A DNA stretch of 64,000 nucleotides from Phoronis australis (GCA_002633005.1 NMRA01000250.1:470907-534906); one strand, 5' to 3'. Shown: positions 46,125 to 59,516, counted from the first letter of the stretch. A program made the numbers and translations. Notes: generated by a model not told the origin, from the sequence alone.

Positions 46125-47189
46125 ACCATAATATTAAGACACGTCCCTCGCAAGATCAGCAAAACTTGTGTTCTTTTTGAAGCACGGGGAAGTTTGAAGT
46201 GTAGGTAGGGCATTTTCGCATGTACACAGCATTCATGGACTGGGCGGTTATTTTAGCAAAGGCTGAAAATGCGTGGGGGGCGCTTATAGGGGCATGGGCG
46301 CTTATTAGGGCGAATACGGTAAAATAACACGGACAAAATTACTAATCCTGATCATTAACTTTAACTTCAAATGCCTATAACATTCCTTATCCTAAGCAAG
46401 AATTACCGTTGTCTTGACTGAAACGTATGCAGTGTATTCCTGTAGAACACATGACAGAAATCAAACAGGTGCAGAAATATTGCAAGAAAAACGTAACCTC
46501 AACAAGTACCAAAACAAAAACGAAACAGGAACTAGAGGAAGTGAGTTTGGCCAATTTGCGGTTGTCGCTCAAAATGTAGCGCCTCTTGTGGTCTGAAAAC
46601 AAGTTACTGGCTGTGCACCCTCACGAGCCAACAGGAGACGCTGCTAAAATGCCCTATTTGTCTTTTTTGAGTATTTTTCCACCTGTCATAATATTTATCA
46701 CTTTTCTTGTTCAGTAACTTCAAATGAACAAAACTCATTCAGTTCGGGTCTAGTGTTGTTGGTTTTTTAAGATAGGTTTTCTGTGCCAAATTTTGCAAAA
46801 AGTCAGATTGTTGAGGTCAAATTTCAATTCTCGAAAACGTGCCAGTCAAACCTTGGGAACTCTTTAGATTTTTAAAGTATAATACTTAATGACCTTAAAA
46901 CACGAAAATTATCTTGCCCCCAAAGTAGCCACGGAAGTCACTTTCTAGGCTTCCTGGAGTCGAATGGACGTATGGCCTATAATGGCGGAATGAAAAATAT
47001 TAGTTTATCAAAAGAATTCCTTAAGAATGTATGAAGTCACAAGTTGACCTTCAGAGGCTGCAACATTGTCGAAATCCAAGAGGCGACAATTTCGTGGCAA
47101 TCAAATGCGACGCATCTGACTTTAACCGACAACTTCCTTCGCTACCGTCAACAAACAAATGTGCTGCGCGTTTTGTTGATTTGCGCTAT
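46125..47189. repeat. Near-identical second copy of 44971-46031 (includes WDR45 coding exon 1 at 46407-46452); probable uncollapsed haplotype at the N join 46032
   Basis: A few SNPs and indels between copies; the first copy ends exactly at the N. Confidence 0.85.
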
Positions 47190-48009
47190 ATGCGGATGAC
47201 GTCATCAAAACCGGGTAAATCCATATATTGCACAGCACTTAATCGTGTCGAATTACGCATGCGCAAACCCGGAGGGCTCGAACGAGCTGTCCCATTTGGC
47301 AAAGTGGGCAAAAAGGTCCGCCTCAGAGAAACAAAAAGTCCGACAAAAGTGCACTAGAAAAAGGCAAAAGTGCACTAAAAAGGTAGTACCCCTTCTTTTT
47401 TTAGGCCTAGCAATGTTTTGTCAGCAGAGCTGTCCACATCGACAGAAATTCGAGCCCCCCCATTTTCAAGGCTGGGTGAGCGCATATTGCGGGTAATAGA
47501 ACAGGAAATGCTTCGTATGATAATAATTCGATGATGATAGTTCAAAATCATGCGTTTTACATTAATTAATAGATTTTGGTCGTATTTCCTGTATTTCTTG
47601 ATAATTTCGTGTGATGCCCTTCTGAACGCTGATTTTACTATCTATACGTTACGTATAGGAATACAAATTGTCGAAAACGTACCCAAAACTTATTGAGGCA
47701 CCTACAGGGGATCAAAGACGTTTGTGTCGTTCATAATACCAAGCGAGCAGGCGCATTGTGAGGGTAATTATCGTAGTTAATTTGTATTCTAATACCTTCG
47801 CGTTCGGCGTCAGTTGCCCTTCAATGTCAGTTAAGGACCGATTTTCCGCGCAGAGAGTTGTCTAAATGATTTAGGCAGATTACACAGCAAACAGTTAAAC
47901 AGATAAAAAACTTTGATCACCAACATCAGAGCACTGCTACCGGCTCCTTAAGTCCGCTCTTATATTAACTACGCAGCAAGAGGTAGGTGTACAGCACGCA
48001 ATGGCCGAG

Positions 48010-49339
48010 GGATTAACCTGTCATTATAGTTTGGCAGCTATGGGCTACTCCTCAAAAGAATGTCAACAACAAACGTGACTAGAATTTCAAATTCAGCCAA
48101 AACAGTTATTCTCATTGGCCAGTTTCAGACACTCGGTGTACTGTGATTAGCAGTTCTATGGTCTGTTTCTGCCGCAGTACAATAAAATGTGAGAGTGAGC
48201 GGTGGATCGAACAGATTACTGTGTCGAAGCGAATTCTGATCCTCGGGAGCAGCCACGTACGTCGACTCCTCGACTATATGTTGCGAGAGCCGTTGACGAA
48301 CTTCAACTTCGACTTGAGAGCGTTTGATCCTGTTGTAAAGATTCCGCATACGACCACCAGGTCAATTTACAAGCAGCTCCATGTGGTATCCAGTTTCCGG
48401 CCAGACGTCGTCATTCTGCACGTCGGTGGGAATGATTTGTCTACGGACGAACCGCCCCACATTCACAGGCATCTTGTTCGGTTGGCGTTTAAAAGAGGAC
48501 TACGGGCGGGTGTGCGAGCTGTCGTCGAGTCGTCTGTGCTATACAGGTATCACTTGGACGGGTACAACGACAAGGCCGATGACGTGAATCACCGCCTCGG
48601 ACAGTCTCTGGCGGGGAAACCGACCCCCCCATACCAAAATATTCAATAGGATCCTATAGGATTCCTATACGATAAGATTGTCTATAAGAATTTCTATAGG
48701 ATCCTATAGGATTCCTATACGATAAGATTTTCTATAGGAATTCTTATAGAAATTCTTTTAAGAATTCCTATAGGAATATCGATTTCCTATAGGATTCCTA
48801 TACGATCAAGATACCCTATAGGAATTCCTATTGAAAAAATCATATAGGAATTTAATCACAAATCTTATTTCTAAGCACTTTAACAACCAAATAGCCTAAG
48901 AGTATATAGTATATCGATTTGTATTTATCTAATTTCAGTCATTAATTTTTGTAAATTTTAATATTCAGGCGAGTCTTAATACATGTATGTTAATTGATTC
49001 ATAGAATCCTATTGAACTTCCTATAGAATCCTATTGAACTGCCTACTGGATATATTCAAGTCTTATACTAATTCCTATAGGGTTTCTCATGCGATATCCT
49101 AAAGGATTTCTATAGACTTTCCTATTGGATGCTTTAGGAAATCTTATAGGATCCTATTGTATTTCCTATAGGATCCAATAGAAAATCCTATAGGATCCAA
49201 TAGAAAATCCTATACGATTCCTATAGAAACCCTAGATGATTCCTATAGGAAATCCTATAGGATTACCAATAGGAAATCCTATAGGATTACCTATAGGATC
49301 CAATAGGAAATGCTATCGGATCCATTAGGAAGTCCTATA
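48010..49339. repeat. Near-identical copy of 49341-50600; probable uncollapsed haplotype at the N join 49340
   Basis: The two copies abut the single N and differ by SNPs and a short indel in the repeat tract. Confidence 0.85.
48221..48625 (+). pseudogene. SGNH/GDSL-hydrolase-like ORF, N-terminal part, duplicate or allelic copy (GTG in place of ATG)
   Basis: ILILGSSHVRRL ... RPDVVILHVGGNDL ... YNDKADDVNHRL, then runs into the repeat insertion. Confidence 0.7.
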
Positions 49340-49551
49340 NGGATTAACCTGTCATTATAGTTTGGCAGCTATGGGCTACTCCTCAAAAGAATGTCAACAA
49401 CAAACGTGACTAGAATTTCAAATTCAGCCAAAACATTTATTCTCATTGGCCAGTTTCAGACACTCTGTGTACTGTGATTAGCAATTCTATGGAGTGTTTC
49501 TGCCGCAGTACAATAAAATGTGAGAGTGAGCGGTGGATCGAACAGATAACT

Positions 49552-51434
49552 ATGCCGAAGCAAATTCTGATCCTCGGGAGCAGCCACGTACGTCGACTCC
49601 TCGACTATATGTTGCGAGAGCCGTTGACGAACTTCAACTTCGACTTGACAACGTTTGATCCTGTTGTAAAGATTCCGCATACGACCACCAGGTCAATTTA
49701 CAAGCAGCTCCATGTGGTATCCAGTTTCCGGCCAGACGTCGTCATTTTGCACGTCGGTGGGAATGATTTGTCTACGGACGAACCGCCCCACATTCACAGG
49801 CATCTTGTTCGGGTGGCGTTTAAAAGAGGACTACGGGCGGGTGTGCGAGCTGTCGTCGAGTCGTCTGTGCTATACAGGTATCACTTGGACGGGTACAACG
49901 ACAAGGCCGATGACGTGAATCACCGCCTCGGACAGTCTCTGGCGGGGAAACCGACCCCCCATACCAAAATATTCAATAGGATCCTATAAGATTCCTATAG
50001 GATAAGATTCCTTTAAGAATTCCTATAGGAATATCGATTTCCTATAGGATTCCTATACGATCAAGATACCCTATAGGAATTCCTATTGAAAAAATCATTA
50101 GGAATTTAATCACAAATCTTATTTCTAAGCATTTTAACAACCAAATAGCCTAAGAGTATATAGTAAAATATCGATTTGTATTTATCTAATTTCAGTCATT
50201 AATTTTTGTAAATTTAAATATTCAGGCGAGTCTTAATACATGTATGTTAATTGCTTCATAGAATCCTATTGAACTTCCTATAGAATCCTATTGAACTGCC
50301 TACTGGATATATTCAAGTCTTATACTAATTCCCATAGGGTTTCTCATGAGTGCGATATCCTAAAGGATTTCTATAGACTTTCCTATTGGATGCTTTAGGA
50401 AATCTTATAGGATCCTATTGTATTTCCTATAGGATCCAATAGGAAATCCTATAGGATCCAATAGAAAATCCTATACGATTCCTATAGAAACCCTAGATGA
50501 TTCCTATAGGAAATCCTATAGGATTACCAATAGGAAATCCTATAGGATTACCTATAGGATCCAATAGGAAATGCTATCGCATCCATTAGGAAGTCCTATA
50601 GGGTTCCTATCCGAAATCTTATCGGATTTCCTATATGAAATCCTATAGGATCTAATAGGAAGTTCCATAGGTTCCTATATGATTTCCTATAAGAAATCCT
50701 ATAGGATTCCTATAGGAAATTCTATAGGACTATTATAGGAAATCCTAAAGGATTCAATAGGAAATCCTATAAGAAAGCCTCAAGGATTCCTACAGGAAAT
50801 CCTATAGGATTCCTATAAGATCAAATAGGAAATCTTGAAGAAAATTCCAATAGGATTTCCTATAGGACTCCTATAAGAATCCTATAGGATCCAATAGAAA
50901 ATCCTATAGAAAAATTCCTATGGGATTTCTATAGGAAATCCTATAGGATATTAGGCCAAAATCCAATTGGATCCTATGTGATATCCTTTAGGATTCCTAT
51001 AGAATTTCCTAAAGGATTCTTATAGGATCCAAAAGGAAATCCGATATGATATTGGGCCAAAATCCAATAGGATTCTTATTGGATCCTATAGGATGCTATA
51101 GGATTCTTATAGGATCTTAGAGGATCGTATAGGAATCCTATAGAATCCTATAGCATTTCCTGTAGTATTCCTATAAGATTCCTTTAGGATATTGGGCCAA
51201 AATCCAATTGGATTCCTATTGGATTCTATTGGATTTCCTATAGGAAATCCTATAGGAAATCTTATTGGACCACCGTGAAATTCTGGATCCACCGGCGCTT
51301 CAACGGCAACAGGAAGCTGATGCACCGAGAACAGGTGCACCTCAATGACCGTTTACCGCCTTTACACTTCATTTAAGTGCGCCATTGCCTTCATGGCCTT
51401 CATTTTGCATCTAGAACACAAAAGGCCCTTTTAA
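49552..51434 (+). pseudogene. SGNH/GDSL-hydrolase-like gene interrupted by a ~1.3-kb insertion and a downstream frameshift
   Basis: MPKQILILGSSHVRRL (block I) ... HVGGNDL (block III) ... GKPT, insertion at ~49957-51274, then VKFWIHRRFNGNRKLMHREQVHLND (block V-like), and in a shifted frame YRLYTSFKCAI. Confidence 0.75.
49957..51274. mobile_element. Insertion made of degenerate palindromic (T/A)CCTATAGG(A) repeats around an AT-rich core
   Basis: Dozens of CCTATAGG octamers at ~10-12-bp spacing; splits the SGNH reading frame; also at 48626-49339. Confidence 0.8.
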
Positions 51435-51889
51435 GGGCCACCATACATTCCCAGGAAAGCTGTTCACTTTGTGTCATCATAAAATTACCACTTCTAATGC
51501 AAATCGTCAACACGTTTCTCGTAATTTAACCCTACAGTGCCAAACTTACGAATGAAAAAATAGCATTTCAGTTGCAGTCAAAACCATACCATCGTAAATA
51601 GGGCAAAATGCCATTGATTTTCGTACAACAGATTCTTTAAATAAAAGCAATTAGACATTTTATTCAAAACCTGACTTTCTGTAAAATGCGCAGGAGCGTG
51701 ATTGGATTTTTGGATTCACTTGTACGTTCCGAATTGATTCGCTATTAGCAAAATCACAAACATTGCACAAGATAGTAATTTTAGTTTTCGTTGAACCACT
51801 TTCATAATTACATATTCCTCTACATTCTTAGTTAGCACAACAATGCACGCTCTGATCATGCTGCATCAGATTCTTGTATGGCCCAGCCT

Positions 51890-52350
51890 TAAAAGTCACA
51901 GGAATTTTGATTTTTGAACGGCTGTTTCTCTTAAAATCTATTTCCAAAATCCTACAGATTTCTTGCGCATTGTAGGAATTTCGAGTTTTGAGCGGGTCTT
52001 TCCTTAATAATCTTTAAAATGCCTATCAGCTTCAGATTCCTATAACGCGCAGGATTGCACAATATAGCAATCTCGATTTTTAACGAATTTTCTCTCAAAT
52101 AATCTTTAAAGCGCCTATCAGCCTCAGATTCCTGTAACGAGCAAGCTTGCGCAATATAGGAATGAATTTTCCCTGACATCACCTTTAAAACGCCTATCAC
52201 CTTCAGATTCCTATAACTCGCAGGCTTGCGCAATATAGGAATCTCGGTTTTTGAACGAATTTCCATCAAATAATCTTTAAAACGCCTGTCACCTTCAGAT
52301 TCATATAACGGGCGGGCTTGCGCAATATAAGACTCGATTTTTGAACGTGC
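51890..52350. repeat. Diverged ~85-90-bp tandem repeat, about 5 copies
   Basis: Recurring TCTTTAAAACGCCTATCA(G/C)CTTCAGATTCCTATAAC..GCTTGCGCAATATAGGAAT. Confidence 0.8.
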
Positions 52351-54217
52351 TCATTAAGAACATACGCTGGAAGCGGTGTGCAGTAAGCTTTTGTCATGGT
52401 TTATTGTAAGTCAATCGTAAGACCCTGGTACACGACTGAAACTTTTCAAACCAAAAGACTTTATTTATTTACGCTGATATGACTTCTGTTCACACGTACA
52501 TGTACAGTGTAGGTACTGAATGCATCAAACTCGCTAACATATAGAAATGTCCTCAAGAGTGGATTTTTAAAACGCCATATTCACCGTATTCGTATCGGAA
52601 AGCGAAAACAAAACTTTATAATTATACGCAATGCTGCACTTTTATGGACGTAGAGAAATGCTAACGTCACGGTCGCACAGCGATGCTTGTGCTGAGCATT
52701 TGCGATAAAGCGCTCTCATGCGTTTTTAGATTAGGGCACTTTTTCGAAAACTAATATACGTCTTGTTCCAGCTGAGCGCAATAGAATTATACGCGATTTC
52801 AAGAAAGCGGCGGAGCTGCATCTTGCGTGATGACAAACTTGAAAAACGCAGAACACTGGCAGGGGTCTATGGGTTCAGTGGTGTCATTCAACAGATTAAA
52901 TGTTATTTGTCGATTTAAAATGGCCAAAACATGCGGTATGAACATCACCAGTGGCTTTTGTTCTCAAGATGCGCACATGGGTACTTTTTCTTCTTTCATT
53001 TTGCACCATCATGGGAGCTTTATCGTAGATCCAGGCACACATATCAGTTTATCTGCGAAGAGGCTGGACTTAAAACACGCAAAGAAAAAGTTCGGTTCAG
53101 AAGTGTGGACGGAGACTCTTTAAAAAGGGAAAGAGAAGGGCTGCGTTTACAAAATGACGAGGGTGTTGTTTTGACCAGGACGCAGCCACGCTAACCAAAC
53201 TCGTTATCGTCACGAGTCAAAAATTGAATGTAGAGAAAACTTTCACCATAACCTAGTGTTCAGTTACCGCTCGGCTTCGACCTTCGAATTAGTGGTGTTA
53301 CACAACCGATGTGAACTTTTTTTAATTCAATTTGAGAAGACGATACTCCATCGGCAGACAAATGTGACAACAGCCTGACTACCTATCTTAAAAGTAGCAG
53401 CCGACAACCATAGAATTTTTGTCGGATGATCGCCGGTCCGACAGTCCAGGTCGGTAGTAAAACTTACCAGGGAGGTCGTCCTAACAGTCGGCAGTGCAGT
53501 GGTCTAAAAAACCGGTCGTCGACTCGTTTTCAGCTCTTCAGACAAAAATTCGTCATCTGTGCTGTAAGTTCAATTGACTGTCAAACGCCAGTGGTCTACA
53601 TAAGCCACCAATCTAATGTACCACACATTTATTGCTTTTATATAGTATATTTTCACAATTTCCTCAAAGTGCATTAAGCAAAATTCCCTTTTTTATCTAA
53701 GACCTATAACAGCTAGGCCCAGGTTATAATATTTGTGCTCAAAAACGAACTCGAAATTATTTTTGACATTTCCGGCGAATTCAAGATAAGTGTCTCAGTA
53801 TTATTCAGTGCTTGAGTGCACTATAGTTCACGTAGATGGCTGTCTAATTCTAGCTTGCTTGAGTGCACCATGGTTCACGTAGATGGCTGTCTAATTCTAG
53901 CTTGCACTTAATGACCTTAGCATTAACGCCATCAGTTCGAGTCTGAACTCCAAATTTAGTGTTTTTACTCGAAATCTTGAGTTTTACTAGAGCTCGTCTA
54001 GGGGTCATCGAGTGCGATCTTGAACTAGAAACTCATCAGCATAAATCATAAAATAAATGGGAAGACAATAATGAGATACTTATCTTTAGTTTGCTCAAAT
54101 TCAGAGCGTAAAACGCCAAAAATAATTTCGAGATCTATTTTGAGTACAAAGAATGGACCCCGCGCGCTCATTTTACATACAGATGCTCGGCTATCCGCAG
54201 ACCAGACCACAGATTTG

Positions 54218-55230
54218 TTATCCGAAAACATTCTTTAATTGAGGAACTTGTTCTCCTGGCTTTCTACAACTGTTGCTAATCCACCAGTCCTGAATATTGT
54301 ATGTTTGCGTCTTAAGTCCTTTGTAGATGTTACTGCAAAGTCTACAAAAACCAGTCTTGACTTCGCCTCCTTGGGTTAACCGGAAATGCCTTTTCCATTC
54401 GAAGTAGCTATTATATAAAGTAGCATTAGATGAAACGTGACGTATGTGACTAACCAACTCCTCAAAGGATCTGAAATTAGCCACATTTATGTAACTGTTT
54501 GGTGGTAATAAAGTGGTATAGTTCGCCCCTCCGTAAACTATAGGTATTAAATCCCAGGACCTATAGACCTTGTAAATTTTCTCCGTAGCATAGTCATCGC
54601 ACAAACTGTTTTCAAAAGCTAAGTAAAATTTGTAATGTTTTACAATTTTGTCTGCGCAGCTAGCATTGCATGGCTTTCCACAACGCCCGAAAACGTCTAT
54701 TTCGAAGAATTTCGTTAGCTGCGCAACAAGCTTCTCTCGCTTGCTTTGCGTATTACAGGTACTGACGAACCACAGCATATCCTTAACTTTACCTTCCAAA
54801 TAATTCTTTGGTTGTGATGACATATTTTTCTTGATAAAGCCACCGTATGTAACTGGTATATCAGAGTCAAGGCGGTACGTCATTGTGTAATTGAACGTAC
54901 CAGAGAAACGCGTTAAGTCGGGCGTATTGGGTGGTGGTTCAAGTAAAAAAAATACGACAGTCTGCCACGGTTGCCGAGTCATTGGCAGATTAGGTACTGG
55001 ATTATATGGGTGGATGATGAGAGCTTTGCTTTCACTGAATCGGGATTTGTTGTTCGTGATTGCGCACGTTACGTCAATATCACAACCCACCAGATACTTG
55101 TTTGTTCGAAGGCCGACGTCCCAGTCATAAAATGACATGAAGTTATTCCAGAACAAGATGACCGGTGGTTTAGCCGATATGTTTGGCTCCTGTTGGAACC
55201 GCATGGAGTGTTCCTTGCGAGGATTTCCGT
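54218..55230 (-). CDS. Alpha-1,3-fucosyltransferase (glycosyltransferase family 10), stem and catalytic exon
   Basis: VILFWN, FFLLEPP, FNYTMTYRLDSDIPVTYG, WFVSTC, DVFGRCG, YKFYLAFENSLCDDYATEK, PIVYGG, PPNSYINVANF, YNSYFEWK, FCRLC; acceptor ttaatttcag at 55231 (phase 1). Confidence 0.95.
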
Positions 55231-58200
55231 CTGAAATTAATACACATGAATGAATAGTCATGAGATTGGTTGATGGCTTGTTTTCGTGGAGTTTCAAGCT
55301 AAGGTTACACATCACTTGAAAAGTTTCACCAAAAGCATTTTCACATTTACGTTACCATTTGAAACAAGCCAGATTCATTGTCATCATCTGGGAAGAAGAC
55401 GAAGAAAAATAGAAACTCGAGCAGAAAGTGAATAGCAAAGAGTAATTAACACCGATTATTTTGCAAACTGACATAACTCAAGTATTAGAGTTTTACAAAG
55501 ATTCTTATATTTTAGCGGCGTGCACTCCTTCAAGTAATGCTAGCCACAGTTGGCGTTTGAGTTGGCGGGGTTTAAGTTTACGACTAATTCATTTCCTATT
55601 CAGTTATTTAAAGGCGGTGAGTGTAGATGGTTTTAAAAGCTATTCGTTTGAAAACTAGCACTCGTGAGGGCGTTTGGAAAACATCATCAGATTAACAAAA
55701 ATTGATGATGTGAGCGAGCTGTAAAAAGTGCAGTCTCGTTTTTGCAGCCCGGCTTTATAACACTGTGCGGGGACTTTTACTACTCAATTGAATTCGTCGA
55801 ACTCGTCATGACTAAGGATCTTAAAAGTTCGTCAACAAAAATGACTTTGTCTTGATACACACGATAATTTGTGACAGTAAGAATAAAGCATATATTAAAG
55901 AAAACAACGGTTTTAAGTCGACTTGACATGTTTCTGTGTAATTTATTCAAACATCATCATCAGAAGAGAGAATGCAGTGCCACCTAGCGAGGCCCAGCAA
56001 CAAGTAATGAAGCACAGATACAGTGAGTAAACCTGGTAGTTTTAAACTAAATCATGTTTACTTTCTTCATACAACATGTCTTTTACACAGTGATTACTAT
56101 GCTCAATAACCAAAAAACAGTAATTTTTAAAGATGCTTAAACTGCAAAAACTGCAGTGTCATTTGTCTATATGGTCTAATTAACAAAGCTCAGGTTCTGA
56201 AAGGCTGTAGTTGAAGTGATGATGGTGATAATGAAGACTGTAAAGAACGGAGGTGGCACTCTATAGGTTTAGTCACAAAATAACATAACTAGGACATTCA
56301 TTATCAAGGGTAGATCCTGTTGAATTTGCTGTGCACTTATTAAATGTCCTTCGATTCCAACTTTGAGCATCACACACAGATCCCAATGATTATTTTCCCA
56401 CTTCCATGGTTCTCTTGTATTGTCATTATCACTTTCAGCATCACAAAATAGGTTTGTCGATTTTCTTTCATCCTAGAGGTTTCCAAACTTCAAACCCTTG
56501 ACATTCATGATCGACATGTGTCCCGAATGATATATCATAGTTCGTGCGTCAAAAGCTCACGTCGTTACGAAGACCGAGGTAGGCGATATAAGGTCATTTA
56601 TTATGACTAATACAATTGCAAGGAAAGTCATTTATATGACTAATATAATTACAAATAATAGGTAGTGACTAAACATAAGTAAGGTAAAAATACTAATCTC
56701 TGGTAAGATGGGCAAATGAAAAGCGCCGGCCACGTGGAGGTACGAGAGAATGCCGAGAAGGGGGATGGTAGGGGGTGGGAAAATTTAAGAAGTTTAGAAC
56801 GTACGTCGAGATTCTTATTGAGGAGAAAAAATACACCTAATAAAACCATTTCCCAAACACTGAAAAAATTAAGCACGTTATACATAACATTTTATAGCTG
56901 TTGTTGAAGAGTGAAACAGGACGTCACCTGGTGACATATTCTCCGAATTACTTACCCTTTGGTAAGTGCAAAATTACACCCTGGTTTTGACTGGGAGACA
57001 AAGCACGTTTAACAAAACTGAAAACAGAAAAGAGCTCTTGCCAGAAAACTTATAAAACTCAATTGGAAAGCCATCGGGACCTGGTGATTTGTCGTTTGTC
57101 TTGTTTTTGTGACAGCTACGGCTTCTGTGACAGACATCAGCCCGTCGAGTTTGAAACTAATTATATTACTAAGTTCTCGTATTTCATTTTCATTAACAGC
57201 AGTTCCCAAGTCTACTTCTTCTAAAAAGCCGTCTTTACTTGCATACAAATCTTAGTAAAACTGCCAATATATGAAAGCAATACCTTCTGATCTATAAGCT
57301 GACTTCCGTTGTGGACTAATTTAGTAATATTTTTGTTGACGAAGTTTCTTTTGTTCTAAATTACTGAAATACATGTATGTTATCGGTTGTTTTTCTTGGT
57401 CTATCTATCTAGCACGAGTTCTGATCATGGCACCTCTAAAGCGTTCCTAACGTAAAATAGTCAAATCTCATCAAAAGCGGAGGATTTTGTATTTTCAGTT
57501 ATTTCAAATACAATATTAATGTGCATTTCCAAATTTTTATGCGAGAATCATTCTCTCTTCATTCTGTTTGCAAAAGTGAATAGTTTCAGACGACATTTTA
57601 TAGAAACATTTCAAAAAATAAAGATTTGTCAATTTGGAGGTACAAATCGTCATTTGGAATGGCACCTAGTTGACTCTTTATTGTAAGGGAGTGCTGAAAA
57701 TTCTTGCGTAGCCTCAAGAATAACTGTTTTCACTAATGCATTATAATCCGCATCCATCAATAGGGATTTATTAAATTTCCAAAGTCCCGGACCACGGGTG
57801 AAATTTGATAGTTTAATAGAAATTCAATTAGAAGAACGATCAGTTCTGTATACAGGTTCAATCTTATAATATTCCAAGATGTTTATCGATAATCTTCGAA
57901 TATGTATGAAAAGTCTAAATGTGTTTTTTGTCAGCATTAGGTTTATTCTAAGTAAACATTTTTGTTTGGATTATTCTGTCTCCACGGATCCGTAAGACAA
58001 GACTGTGAAACAATAATATAAGGGAAATGAGTTACGTCGTTGTCTTGCCACACCAAAGGAGATATGCTTTGCCGTGTTGGAGAAAAAACGACTAAGTGAC
58101 GGGCGGATAACAGTTCTTTTTTGAAATTTGAGACTTAATGAAAAATGCTTTGACATCAACAGAAATTCGAAATCTTTATAAACAAACCGTAAAAATAACT

Positions 58201-58977
58201 GGTGATCAGTTTGACTTTTGTTTCGGTGGCAGAACAACACTTTGAATATTGCAATTTAGTTTATTTTCCACGTTCGGTGCCACTTCGAAGATAATCATAT
58301 GGGGAGGACGTAAACTCTCCTAGAAAAACAACATGCAGCAGTTGTGGTACATTCACATTCCCCACTTGTATGAGAACCAAACTGCTTGTCCCACACCTCC
58401 CAACTGCTAATTTCCAGTTATTCAGAACCGTCGTTATTTCTCTGGCTGTTATCGATCAATGATAGTTTGTCAAAGAAGCCATTTGCACTTTTCGTTGAAA
58501 CGTTAAGCGTGTGCTTACGTTTTGAACGCTCAGTCAATAATTGTGAACGTCCCCAACTAGTCAAAACTCAAATAAAATGCTCTTTTTAACATTTTAGAAT
58601 TTCATTTATTTCAGAAGATACGTAGGAAACTGTATTTTATTGTAAACATCTCTACAACTAGTTTTCCATATAGTCACAGTCAGCAACAGTGAGCTTGTCA
58701 TATTATCTTATTGATGTCAATTGTACTTCTGCCGCGGTTACCAGCAAACTGACACCTGCACGCCACAAGAAATTTCTCAATAGAAAGAGCAGTGATTGTG
58801 AATTGCTCAACATGTTTATCCCTGATTCTTTCACAGTGCTGTTCTGAGAAAAGTGTACTGACCCTGAGTAAAACAAGTGCGGTTGCCATAATCAGAAAAA
58901 AGAAACATTTCGTATACTTGGCATTTTCGATGAAAACTAAAACCCACGAACCCACTAGATTATTTGATGTCATCTGG

Positions 58978-59098
58978 TGGGCAACTTGTGATTATGTAGA
59001 CATATGTCCCTAACTCTTAGTTATGATATTGTGATGGCAACTTGTGATTATGTAGACATATGTCCCTAACTCTTACTTATGATATTGTGATGGCAACT
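58978..59098. repeat. ~55-bp tandem duplication
   Basis: TGGCAACTTGTGATTATGTAGACATATGTCCCTAACTCTTA... Confidence 0.88.
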
Positions 59099-59408
59099 TA
59101 GATCTAGCTGGCAGTTTTTAGTTGTCATCTCCCCGTAAATTACCCACTTAAATCAGAATATAGCCGGTACTTGCTTTAGAATCGTTTGTAAAATAGTTAT
59201 TTATGTTTCAGAATCATCATGTAATATTGAACTTTTCTGTGCATCGGTATACTTGAAGCATGCTAAGTGAGCTTGATATTTGCGCACTGCAATCTGATTG
59301 GTTGGGCTAATTCTGACCTCATGGCGGCCATCTTCAATTTCAGAATGACCGCCATTGAAAGATCGAAAACCATTTATACGCAAAGAATATACCGCTTTTG
59401 ATACATGT

Positions 59409-59516
59409 TAAAGAGTATACCACTTGTCATACATGTCATTCTTTAAAAGAGTATACCACTTGTCATACATGTCAATCTTTAAAAGAGTATACCACTTGTC
59501 ATACATGTCAATCTTT
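59409..59516. repeat. 36-bp tandem repeat x3
   Basis: AAAGAGTATACCACTTGTCATACATGTCAATCTTTA. Confidence 0.9.

Noticed and set aside
48143-49989. Two tandem SGNH paralogues as a real gene duplication
   Set aside because: Copies meet exactly at a single N and share the same inactivating insertion; more likely alleles.
55231-55315. First 28 codons of the 365-aa fucosyltransferase ORF
   Set aside because: No TM anchor, in-frame stop shortly upstream, and a good phase-1 acceptor at 55231; treated as intron.
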